From: Octopus bimaculoides | Lineage: Eukaryota | Direction: 5' to 3' | Assembly: GCF_001194135.2 (NCBI RefSeq) | Contig: NC_068987.1 | Coordinates: 17,581,557 to 17,645,556, forward strand | Length of the DNA: 64,000 bases | In this document: positions 52,753 through 64,000 of the stretch, one piece after another | Position numbering within the stretch: position 1 is the first letter of the stretch | Layout: each line of letters starts with the position of its first letter | Translations under genes and position numbers: made by a program | The notes under the pieces: generated by a model | What the model was told of the DNA's origin: nothing | The model's database searches: none | Seen by the model: the letters and a program-made list of their open reading frames with translations, nothing else

Positions 52753-52890
52753 CAAGGGCAGATCAATAACTATGCGGACTGTAGCCATAGTAACAAAGCT
52801 AAATCACACAGAGTAAAGCTGATTCGCACAGATTGACCTTGAACTCTGGTGTGCATGCGCAATAAGTTTTACCGTTCTACCTCACTTCCG
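52753..52890 (+). mobile_element. Single end of the same mariner-type MITE family as 36244-36597
   Basis: TA|CAAGGGCAGATCAATAACTATGCGGACTGTAGCCATAGTAAC...CAGATTGACCTTGAACTCTG aligns with the left TIR of 36244-36597. Confidence 0.8.
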
Positions 52891-53648
52891 CTTTTTTTTT
52901 CACGCTTTACTCTAAGTTGAAAAAGTCGCAAATGCTGAAACCGGTACCAAAATGTTCTTTATAATAAAATTATTTTAATATTTTCTACCTTGTCTTAGTT
53001 TCTTTATATATATATATACATACATATAGACACATAAATATATACATATATATACATGGATACATTCATACACAGACACACACAAATATATTTATATATA
53101 TTATACATATAATTACTGTTGTAAACAAGAGACTTTATCTTATATCTAGTGTTATTTCACCACATATGTCGCGTAACTATAGTAATAATATGATAGCGGA
53201 AACGAATACATTATCGCAATAATTGTAACAATACTAAACGTCGGCAAACTCGGATATATTATGACAATTTATTCACCGATGTCTTACAGTATTTTAGAAA
53301 AGATACCTCGGAGACAAAATTCAAGGTATATATTGATATAGCTAATTATACAACAATAACAAATATATTCCTTTAGTGGTGACAACAGCAGGTGCAACGT
53401 ACTTCAAATAATAGTCCGAGACAAAGAAATTCTACTGCTGCACTATAGGGAAGTATGGATATGTGTGTGCGTGTGTTTGTGCGAGTGTGTGTGTGTGTGT
53501 TTGTGCGAGTGTGTGTGTGCGGGCAGGTGTGTTTTCATACATACATTCATATATACATGCACACACATTTTCACAACATTTAGCAGCGAGACGAGGGCGC
53601 CAAATTTTCGAATCCTAAAAACGTGGATTCGATAGATATCTTACCTAA

Positions 53649-53688
<40 letters not shown>

Positions 53689-54242
53689 NNNNNNNNNNNN
53701 NNNNNNNNNNNNNNNNNNNNNNNNNNNNNNNNNNNNNNNNNNNNNNNNNNNNNNNNNNNNNNNNNNNNNNNNNNNNNNNNNNNNNNNNNNNNNNNNNNNN
53801 NNNNNNNNNNNNNNNNNNNNNNNNNNNNNNNNNNNNNNNNNNNNNNNNNNNNNNNNNNNNNNNNNNNNNNNNNNNNNNNNNNNNNNNNNNNNNNNNNNNN
53901 NNNNNNNNNNNNNNNNNNNNNNNNNNNNNNNNNNNNNNNNNNNNNNNNNNNNNNNNNNNNNNNNNNNNNNNNNNNNNNNNNNNNNNNNNNNNNNNNNNNN
54001 NNNNNNNNNNNNNNNNNNNNNNNNNNNNNNNNNNNNNNNNNNNNNNNNNNNNNNNNNNNNNNNNNNNNNNNNNNNNNNNNNNNNNNNNNNNNNNNNNNNN
54101 NNNNNNNNNNNNNNNNNNNNNNNNNNNNNNNNNNNNNNNNNNNNNNNNNNNNNNNNNNNNNNNNNNNNNNNNNNNNNNNNNNNNNNNNNNNNNNNNNNNN
54201 NNNNNNNNNNNNNNNNNNNNNNNNNNNNNNNNNNNNNNNNNN

Positions 54243-54298
<56 letters not shown>

Positions 54299-54321
54299 TG
54301 TATGTATATATATATATACAT

Positions 54322-54715
54322 ACGACAGGCTTCTTTCGGTTTCCGTCTAGCAAATGCACTCACAAGACTGTGGTTGGTCCGAGGCTATAGCAGAAGACAC
54401 TTGCTGAATGTGCCACGCAGTGGAACTAAACACGAGATCATGTGGTCGAGAAACGATCTTCTTACCTCACAGCCATGCCTGTACCTACCCACGCAGCCAC
54501 GCCCGTGACTATCCACATAACTACGCCTGTTTCAGTGACTAGACTGCAACCATTCTGGTGCAATGCCTTCAAGAGTTTTTGTCGAAAAAATCTAGTACAT
54601 TTTTTAACAAAAGCCTGATAAATATTCTACTCTTTCTTTTTGCCGAACTGACAAGATTACGGGAGCGTAAGCACACTAACAAATGGTCGTGACAGACAAA
54701 CACAGCCACTAAGAC
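54322..54715 (-). mobile_element. SINE family A, rearranged antisense copy (head/core 54322-54480, tail-side fragment about 54545-54715)
   Basis: Antisense GGCATGGCTGTGAGGTAAGAAG head and AAGTGTCTTCTGCTATAGCCTCGG block. Confidence 0.75.
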
Positions 54716-54823
54716 ACACGCATACACAGACACACACATTACGTACGCGCACACACATATATAAATATAAACAAAGATATATACATATATATATATACAC
54801 ATATACACACAACCTGTCTTTGT

Positions 54824-54856
<33 letters not shown>

Positions 54857-55227
54857 NNNNNNNNNNNNNNNNNNNNNNNNNNNNNNNNNNNNNNNNNNNN
54901 NNNNNNNNNNNNNNNNNNNNNNNNNNNNNNNNNNNNNNNNNNNNNNNNNNNNNNNNNNNNNNNNNNNNNNNNNNNNNNNNNNNNNNNNNNNNNNNNNNNN
55001 NNNNNNNNNNNNNNNNNNNNNNNNNNNNNNNNNNNNNNNNNNNNNNNNNNNNNNNNNNNNNNNNNNNNNNNNNNNNNNNNNNNNNNNNNNNNNNNNNNNN
55101 NNNNNNNNNNNNNNNNNNNNNNNNNNNNNNNNNNNNNNNNNNNNNNNNNNNNNNNNNNNNNNNNNNNNNNNNNNNNNNNNNNNNNNNNNNNNNNNNNNNN
55201 NNNNNNNNNNNNNNNNNNNNNNNNNNN

Positions 55228-55259
<32 letters not shown>

Positions 55260-56279
55260 AACTGAAGTGGATTTTAAATGTTCGCAACACCTGTTTCGAG
55301 AGCGCTTTTTCGTTGATGAATAGAACGATTACCGCTTTCATTAAACTTGAGTAGGAAGAGATTGCGAGTGATCCGCTTGTTACTCATCGTCCAAGTGGGT
55401 GTATATACAGAGAGAGACAGACAGACAACGATGGACTAGTTTTAAAATAAATTACTACGGTTGGTTCGTTCGATTACACACTTTTTCGTGCCCTGCCCCA
55501 GCATAGCTGCAAGCCAAAGAGTGAAACATGTGAATAATAAAAGTCATTTAAAAATATATATACCTGCGCACATGTTTTGGTGACTGTGTATGATTTGTAT
55601 AATTTAAAGAAGAATGAAGAACGAGATTGTTATACACATAAGTACATACGCACACCGAGATACGCATGCAAACATATTCAAACATATACATATACATAGG
55701 CGTACTTAAATTATTCTGTTTCCCGCTTATTTCTATGGCATCATGAATCGACCATAATTTACTCGATAAACAAAGCCGTAATTTTACAACTAAAAAATAT
55801 TCATCCAACAAATGAAATACTGTATTAATTTATAATCTATTTTCCGTTATATCAGTCGTTTGTTTTCTCTTTTCGGTAATTGAAAACGTAAACTTTTAAT
55901 TTTGTCTCCATACTTGAATATCAAATCCCTATGCCAAACTTAATTTCCTAACAAAATCTGAGTAGACTTTTAATAACTCTATCGAAGCTAGGCTCTTAGT
56001 GAGCATATATGTATTTCAGCGATTCAATGGAAGGCTGAATTTATATTATGATAAAATGTTTCTAAATTGCTTCAATAAAAACAGCGTGTTACGTATTTTA
56101 CTTGGTATGTATGTATGTGTGTATGCATGCATGGATGTATATATGTATGTATGCCTGTATGTATACACATACACGCACATACATATATATATATATATAT
56201 ACACAAACATACATGTAAACATTCCTATACCTTTAATAATTGCTTTTATATGTATGTAAATACTACATGTGGTACGTAA

Positions 56280-56311
<32 letters not shown>

Positions 56312-57425
56312 NNNNNNNNNNNNNNNNNNNNNNNNNNNNNNNNNNNNNNNNNNNNNNNNNNNNNNNNNNNNNNNNNNNNNNNNNNNNNNNNNNNNNNNNN
56401 NNNNNNNNNNNNNNNNNNNNNNNNNNNNNNNNNNNNNNNNNNNNNNNNNNNNNNNNNNNNNNNNNNNNNNNNNNNNNNNNNNNNNNNNNNNNNNNNNNNN
56501 NNNNNNNNNNNNNNNNNNNNNNNNNNNNNNNNNNNNNNNNNNNNNNNNNNNNNNNNNNNNNNNNNNNNNNNNNNNNNNNNNNNNNNNNNNNNNNNNNNNN
56601 NNNNNNNNNNNNNNNNNNNNNNNNNNNNNNNNNNNNNNNNNNNNNNNNNNNNNNNNNNNNNNNNNNNNNNNNNNNNNNNNNNNNNNNNNNNNNNNNNNNN
56701 NNNNNNNNNNNNNNNNNNNNNNNNNNNTATATATATAAAACCATTATTCTATGTTAATTTAGTTAATTGTAAGATAGAAATTTAAATGTAATAAAATGCT
56801 TGACTTCTACTTTAAAATATTTTAATTTTTTCTCTGAAGAAGGAGCTCATTTCTAATAAAGATACAAAATTCTGCCGTTGGAAGGTAGATAACATAAACA
56901 ATGTTACATTTTAAACCCGAGAAGAGTCTTGCATATTTTTTATGCTACACCTCCATATTGTATGTATTCGTACAGCGCGAGGTTTTTGATTGATTTCTTT
57001 TTCTGAAAATCCCTAGTTAATTTAGATTATCCCTAGCTTATCCAGATTGTGATTCAGACACTTACTCATAAAACCAACTGCACCAATTATTTTTTCCATA
57101 AACGTGAATGCATAATCTGGATGTAGAATATACAGGTTTCGAAGTGGTTGTGTATAGTTATTTTCTTTCTCTTTGATTTTCAAAGAGATATTCATATCCG
57201 CGAGACAGTTGGCCTCTATGACGGCACATACTTTTTCTTATTCTTTCCTAAGCTACAATATCTTGCCTCCTGTGTTTACATCTAACAACCGTATTGATGG
57301 GAATGTTCTACCAGTATTCCTTATTTTGATATGTGTTTATGCATTCAATAAGAAGAGGCTTCCCTATATTTATTTCTGGACAGTATGGATGTATGTATGT
57401 ACATATGTTTGTATATTTGCATGTA

Positions 57426-57979
57426 CACAGACATGCAGGAAGTAAACAGACACCTTTAATTTTCAAAATTTTTTATTTGATATGAATTGATTGAAGGAGA
57501 GGTTTTCTTCTAGCTGCTCAACCATAATGCCCAAGCTTATGCAGATATGTAACACACGTTCTTGGACAAACTTTTAGCTGTTTTGCAATGTCAACTGCCT
57601 TCGAATGGGGTTCGTTTTCCACAATTCTCTTCAAACAGCGAAGCTTCCTTTCCGAGGGCCCAATTCGGCCGTGACGATAATCTGTTGATTCCTTTCCTTG
57701 GTTTTTAAATTGCACTATAATTCTATTAAGAGTAGCAAGAGGAATTTGAAGTTTTGGGGCAATTTTTCACTGGCTAAAACCAGCCTCAGATTGCCCAACA
57801 ATACAACGTCTTTGAAAACCCGACACTTCTGCTGAAATTTTTGTGCGTATTTTGTTTAATATAATGGCACCTGGAATGAAAAAGAATAATTACATTGTAA
57901 ATTCTACACTGCTAAAAACATTAAGACGCTTAGAAATTTTGAAAATTAAAGGTATCTATTTACTTCCTGCATGTCTGTG
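57426..57979 (-). mobile_element. Internally deleted Tc1-like transposon, 46-bp TIRs, TA target duplication, retains only the paired-like DNA-binding region
   Basis: TIRs 57426-57471 and 57934-57979 (2 mismatches), TA at 57424-57425 and 57980-57981; antisense translation [88 protein letters not shown]. Confidence 0.9.
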
Positions 57980-58346
57980 TAAATGCAATCGAAGTTGACT
58001 CATTAATTTTCCGCAGTGCCGTTAACTTTTGTATTTCCTCTATTCAAAACAAAACACCAAACCAATATGTCTACAAGCTCAAGTTAGTTGAACCACCTAA
58101 CACATTACCAGTACTCTAGGACACATTAACAAATTATATTTTTCATTTATGTTTTAAAAGAGGAAGCTTCATACAAATCAACCCAGCTAATGGGGACTAA
58201 ACGGTAGGATATACGACAAAAACAAAAAACAGCAGTTATTTGTGTTTACTGTCAAAATATAAATCATTAATAAATTTATTTCTCAAACGTTATAAATAGC
58301 GAGATCAGGATAAATTATCCTTTTATTGCAGAAAAATACACTACTG

Positions 58347-58418
58347 GCCAGCCATGAGACTCGAACTCACATCTCTGTAATTATGCGTCAAGTGTTTTAC
58401 CATTAAACTAAACTGCTC
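58347..58418 (-). pseudogene. Decayed tRNA-like sequence (tRNA pseudogene or orphan SINE head)
   Basis: D-arm-like GTTT-AATGGT-AAAAC, T-arm GTGAG-TTCGAGT-CTCAT, partial acceptor stem CAGTT/GGCTG, CAT at the anticodon position but anticodon stem broken. Confidence 0.45.
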
Positions 58419-59324
58419 AGCAACGAATTCTTCTGCAATTTTAGAACTTATAAATTTAGCCTCATAAGACGCTAACGTTAAATTCAACTTTACGTAGAAA
58501 GTAAACAAAGTTTGTTCTTTTTTTAGAAGCGTTGAGATGTATTGTACTGAAACAGTGCGTGTGTTTATTACCGGCATAATGCCTCTCCCAAGGTTTAATT
58601 GTATTTCTTTCAACACACGTATTCACATCAAGAATCTTGCACACGAAATACACATACGAAACTTTGTTTACTTTCATCATAAATCATTAATTTTATTTTA
58701 CCCTCTACATTCATTTTCAGGTTCGCTAAAACTGTAGCAATGCTTTGTTTCACTGAATATTGCCCCCTTTTGTTATCATATATCTATTGGAATACACTGT
58801 GTTTTATTCAGTCAACTTGGAAAAGGATGAAGAATTTGGTGAAATCACATTGTTAAGCTGGTCTTTGCTACTTAAATTCCGAAAGGCTTGAATTTAAATC
58901 ACTTTCAAAGCAGGAAGCTTGTGTTGAACAACCTGCAGCAGTCTCAGATGGATTTGTACCAAAAGGGATTATATTCTAGTCACTTTAACAATAGATTTTC
59001 CTTGAATCTCAGTTTTGTTTCATATACAGCTCACATCACCGCAACATATTTTACAGAATACATTGAAACATATCAGTATATGTTAACTTTAAAATACGAA
59101 TTGAGCCAGCGATAATGTAGTCACATTTTTCAGTATGAGATTTATAGTTTACTTTCCATTGAACACAAAATTAAGCAGATTAATAAAAGAAAATAATTAA
59201 ATTTTCTTAAATCAAATTATAATTTCGTATTTGAATAAAGTATATTAATATTCACGTGTAGGCATAATAAATTTCACTTAAAACAAATATTGTTCGAGTT
59301 AATATGTATTGAAACATAGACAAC

Positions 59325-59467
59325 TTAATTTGATTTCAGTCTCTTTTCTTTAAACTGTTCTCCAGAAGCGGCAACAGTATTCACATTTTCCACCAGTAAA
59401 TTGTCTGGAATTTCCAATTCCGAGTTACGATTTGTCACTACTTCGATTACCGAGTGAATATTTGATA
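59325..59467 (-). CDS. Candidate terminal coding exon, unidentified gene (xSNIHSVIEVVTNRNSELEIPDNLLVENVNTVAASGEQFKEKRLKSN*)
   Basis: Very strong acceptor ttgtttatttttatttattttctcccaatttacag, phase 1, 46 open codons then TAA, protein-like composition in non-repetitive DNA; a strong phase-compatible donor GAAG|GTAAGA lies upstream at 61023. Confidence 0.45.
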
Positions 59468-60239
59468 CTGTAAATTGGGAGAAAATAAATAAAAATAAAC
59501 AAGTAAAAGTTTAATGGCTACAAAACCAAGACTACAGACATAGTCTTGAATATCTGACATCCTTATAACACTGTGTAAGTATTGTAACAGTGTTGTCGTT
59601 ACAAGCTTTTGATTTATAATTGCACACCGATCACGAAATAGAAAGTTTAATGGTTGTTAATCACATAGTACACCAATACTGTTCTATTTTCTTCGACAGT
59701 ACAGCGTAATAAAGACTCAAACTTTTCAAATAAATAAAATTAAAGAATGACTATCGTGTGAGCCAACGTAAGATACGTTGTTATATTAGAACTAAGGCGA
59801 TGGCATCTCTATATCATAGTGGCAGGCTAAGAACCTAATTACTACTTTACAGTTGGCGCCATAGTCACAAAACAGGATGTCTTAATTTTCTATATTCATA
59901 CACAGGGACTGCTTTGAGTTATAACACGCCGAATTTCATAAAATATATAAAATACTTTGTCCTGTATAAAACGAGCTATAGACAATTTCAAATCAAAAAC
60001 TAGTCTTAAGTTTACGGCACACACACACACACCTCACACATGCGCACGACGCATAAACTCACAGATAAGGTGTGTGTGCGTGTGTGTCTGTGTGTCTGTC
60101 TGTCTGTCTCTCTGTATACAGAGTATCCACAAAGCCAAGGTGCAATTCAAAATACAACTAACTTCGTAACTATACATGGCAGAATTTATCTTTAAAAAAT
60201 ATATATATATACATGCATACACACATAGGTACATGTGTG

Positions 60240-60272
<33 letters not shown>

Positions 60273-61244
60273 ACATATATACGTATAAGATGTATGCAAA
60301 TATATATCTATGAATATATGTTTTTATTTATATGTGTACATGTGTGTGTGTTCGTGTGTATATATGTGTATGCTTGTGTATCCTAATGTCAAAGTTATAT
60401 AATATATTATACATGTTTGTATATAGTCTAAATAATCCTAAAGAACAGAGCTTAGTGGCGAAAGCACGAGTAGACTGTTGACGTTTGGCAAAATAAACAC
60501 AGACAAACGCACGCGCACAGACACATTCACACACACATACTCATACCCACAATCGTACACACACTTGTGCATACAGTGGTACACACACAAACACATACAC
60601 ATCATTTTTCATTCCATAGTGCAATCTTAGACCTTGACTTGAATACTGCTCGGTCTTGATATACACTTCCTCCTTTGTCATGCGCTATAAAATCTATTAT
60701 ATTTAGTCCTTCGTACGCAATTGTGTTTTTCTTAACCCTTTGGCATTCCGATTTTTCTGTCATTAGTCATAATACTCATTCATTCACATTGTCTTTAATT
60801 AATCATGCATTAACTTGTAGCTTCAAGATTTTTGACAATGTAATTGTTTACATTTCGAATTACATTGTGTACGTGTAAGAAGCCAAATCCGGCTGTTTAG
60901 AACATAGAACCAGAAGATTCGGGCGTTATATGACCGGTTTAAATTTTGAAAGGATTCTCCACAAGTGTTTGTGAAGTAAAACGTGTTACTGGTTTGTGTC
61001 AAGTGTACCGAATTTATCTTACCTTCTTTCCCCTTTTTCCGGTTGATGATCATTATACAGATTTCTAATGTCACTGATCTCCTCTAGCCAACCAATACAG
61101 GTAAATCTCTTCGTATTTATTCATGACTGTATGCACCTTCCTTCGTGTGGTCTTCGTAATGCCCATAATTCTTCAATACAATTCCGATTAGTGTAGAAGC
61201 CCTGCTGGTAACATGCATATACTTCAACAGTCACATCAAGAATC

Positions 61245-61245
61245 T

Positions 61246-61304
<59 letters not shown>

Positions 61305-61305
61305 C
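61245..61305. repeat. (TTTC)n microsatellite
   Basis: Direct reading. Confidence 0.95.
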
Positions 61306-61599
61306 TCCTTCTTTCTTCTTTCTTTCCTTCTTTCTTCCATATTGTCATCTTTATTTTTCTTTCTGTCCATGATATTTTAATATCCAAATCTTAATGACGT
61401 TTTAAGAATAGCCTGTTATTTTCTGTGAATATTTTTTTGTATTCATTTGTACTGAATGATTCAATTTATTCGTATATACATTAGTGTGTATGTATATGTA
61501 TATACCTCCCTCCATCTATCTATTTATCTCTCTCACTCTCATTCTTGCTATATATTTATATATATATGTGTGCGTGTGCATACACATATACTTAATAAC

Positions 61600-61632
<33 letters not shown>

Positions 61633-61731
61633 TTGTGTGTGTATATATATAGATCTATAAATATACATACATANNNNNNNNNNNNNNNNNNNNNNNNNNN
61701 NNNNNNNNNNNNNNNNNNNNNNNNNNNNNNN

Positions 61732-61785
<54 letters not shown>

Positions 61786-61850
61786 AGCATATATGTATAT
61801 ATAAGTATGTATGTATATATATATATATATATATACATATATAGGCGTAA

Positions 61851-61886
<36 letters not shown>

Positions 61887-61916
61887 CACATATGCGTATG
61901 TATGTATGCATACGTG

Positions 61917-61952
<36 letters not shown>

Positions 61953-62255
61953 CAATAACCAAGACTCTCCGTTATGCAAAGATTATTTTTACAGCATAAA
62001 CAATTAAGTACATAAATTTTAGGTTTTGTTTCCGATTGCAGTATAGTCCTAACAAAATTTTGCCAAAATCATTGTTCAAATTTTGTTTGACAATTGAAGT
62101 GAAACTCAGTGGAACCAAATGTGGATATATGGCTAAAAATATATATTCTAATACTCTGCTAACAGTAGATATTCATGTGTTTGTAATACACACGCATACA
62201 CAAATGCAAAGATATAGATATGTGTGATTACATATGTAAGTAGGTATCTATGCAT

Positions 62256-62319
<64 letters not shown>

Positions 62320-62385
62320 TCACGTATACACGCATGCACGTACACACACACACACTAACACACATATATCTGAAAAGTAAGTAGA

Positions 62386-62712
62386 CAGGTGCAGCCGTAG
62401 CTGTGTGGTAAGAAACTTGCTTTCAAACCATATTGTTCCGGTTTCAGTCCCACTCCGTGACAACTTGGGCAAGTGTCTTCTACTATAGCCTCCAGCTGAC
62501 CAGAGCTTTGTGAGTGGATTTCGTAGACGGAAACTGAAAGAAGCCCTTCTTGTATATATTTATATATCTATTTGTGCGTGTGTATTTGGGTCTGTGTTTG
62601 TACCCTAGCAATGCATAATAACCGTTGCTGGTGGGCTTCCATCGCCGTAATTTAGCGGTTGGCAAACGATTTCGATAGAATAATTGGCAGGCTGTAGAAA
62701 ATAATAAGTACT
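62386..62712 (+). mobile_element. SINE family A, tail cut off at the adjacent RTE fragment
   Basis: Head GCTGTGTGGTAAGAAAC, CORE-like TTGGGCAAGTGTCTTCTACTATAGCC, similarity ends at ATAATAAGTACT. Confidence 0.85.
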
Positions 62713-62714
62713 GA

Positions 62715-63122
62715 ATGTGTACGTGTTTGTAGACATTATGGCCGTCCACTCGTGACCGAGGAAGACCATTGCCGACCTTCAGGAACATTGTGCGCTCTAG
62801 GACCAATTTATATTTTGCATTTGCGGCTCCGTTGGTGGCTAATGAGCCCTGCTCTTGACAAGCATACACGACTGCAAACATTGCAGACCAAGATTTCCCC
62901 ATTCACTATATGAGCCGTGCGCTTTCGCGCAGCTCGCCTAAGTTCTTCATGCTGGATACGTGCTCTCTCAAAAGTGTCGATCCCCTCCTTAACTTGCTTC
63001 CTCCATCTCTGGCGATGACAGGCATTGTTTTCCCAGTCAGTGTCCTGCATATCACAGGCCTTTATTGAGGACTTGACACAGTCCTTAAATCGCAGCCTTG
63101 GTTTCTGCCGGAGTCTCCACAT
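62715..63122 (-). pseudogene. RTE-clade LINE 3' end (C-terminal ORF with CCHH zinc finger plus short 3' UTR)
   Basis: KPRLRFKDCVKSSIKACDMQDTDWENNACHRQRWRKQVKEG..FE..LVCNVCSRVCLSRAGLISHQR is the typical RTE C-terminus. Confidence 0.9.
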
Positions 63123-63605
63123 GTATATCTATATGCATACATAGAAAGAAAAAAAAAGTATTTTCAAAGGGAATTGAACATATATATAGCGTCATCATGC
63201 GTGCATGTGTGTGTGTCTACGTGTAGTACCTTGTTGTACTCTCATCCGACTACATAGTCTTCGGGTTTAGAAACAAATGTAATATCAACAGAAAATTTCC
63301 AATTTCTACATATCCAACATATAATCAGTGTTATAAAGCCATATTTATGTGAAGAGTAGTACATGCGAAATTAGAGAGCTAAATACTGTGTATATTTGAA
63401 ATTAGAACAAGTAGTTTTATATTTAGCGGCAGGTGATCTTTGAAATCTAATTTGGAATGAGTAATGTGTTAGAACATATGTCTGTGAGGAATTATATTTC
63501 TGAATATACAAGTATACACGTATATCAACGTCTTATTAATTATCTTATATCTCATAATGATGGATGTCTACGACAATACATGGCACTGTATGTGTGTGTG
63601 GTTAC

Positions 63606-63664
<59 letters not shown>

Positions 63665-63671
<7 letters not shown>

Positions 63672-63981
63672 ATATAAAAACAAAAAGATAAAGAGAGCAA
63701 AGGTAAGGTTGAAGAATTTTATGGAAAGAGTCTTACAGAAGATTTCTGAGAAGGAATGGGAGTGTCCTTAAGGGAGAAGCCAAGAATCTCTTTATCCATT
63801 ATTTTTTATGGAGTTACCCGTTATAAGTGCTAGTGATAAAAAAATAATGGATAAAGAGATTCTTGGCTTCTCCCTTAAGGACACTCCCATTCCTTCTCAA
63901 AAATCTTCTGTAAGACTCTATCCATAAAATTCTTCAACCTTACCTTTGCTCTCTTTATCTTTTTGTTTTTATATATTTACA
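63665..63981. repeat. Fold-back element: 145/146-bp arms (63665-63809, 63836-63981), 26-bp spacer
   Basis: Arms are reverse complements with two substitutions and one indel in an A/T run; embedded in a TG/TA microsatellite. Confidence 0.95.
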
Positions 63982-64000
63982 TATACACACGCTAATACAC

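Larger units (their letters stand above)
288..61731. other. 18 assembly gaps (N runs) spread across the window
   Basis: First gap begins at 288, last ends at 61731; almost every gap is bordered by a dinucleotide microsatellite. Confidence 0.9.

Noticed and set aside
58347-58418. Functional tRNA-Met gene
   Set aside because: Anticodon stem and the outer acceptor-stem pairs are broken; reported only as a tRNA-like pseudogene.
65-63669. Long ORFs in the supplied track rich in YI, HT, CV, poly-L/I/N/S/V or X
   Set aside because: They are translations of microsatellites or read through N-gaps; no coding evidence.

Overview
AT-rich, microsatellite-saturated eukaryotic genomic DNA with 18 N-gaps, nearly all flanked by (TA)n/(TG)n tracts. 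The repeat complement (two very abundant tRNA-derived SINE families, RTE and R4/Dong-type LINE relics, a Penelope-like element, Helitron, Tc1/mariner and hAT relics) is most consistent with a cephalopod (Octopus-like) short-read assembly; this is inference, not a database match. No host gene can be identified with confidence. Almost all long ORFs in the supplied track are microsatellite or N-gap artefacts, and the informative ones are decayed transposon ORFs. A few isolated exon candidates exist (best: a minus-strand terminal exon at 59325-59467). The most interesting signals are (i) minimal hammerhead ribozyme motifs with palindromic stem III, one at the 3' end of a tRNA-headed SINE-like unit (24-69, minus) and one intact at 21267-21334 (plus), plus decayed relatives, and (ii) four separate fold-back/inverted duplications (4789-5644, 20791-22677, 27930-28083, 63665-63981), one with 177-bp perfectly identical arms. 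TE boundaries were set by eye and are approximate unless TIR/TSD coordinates are given.
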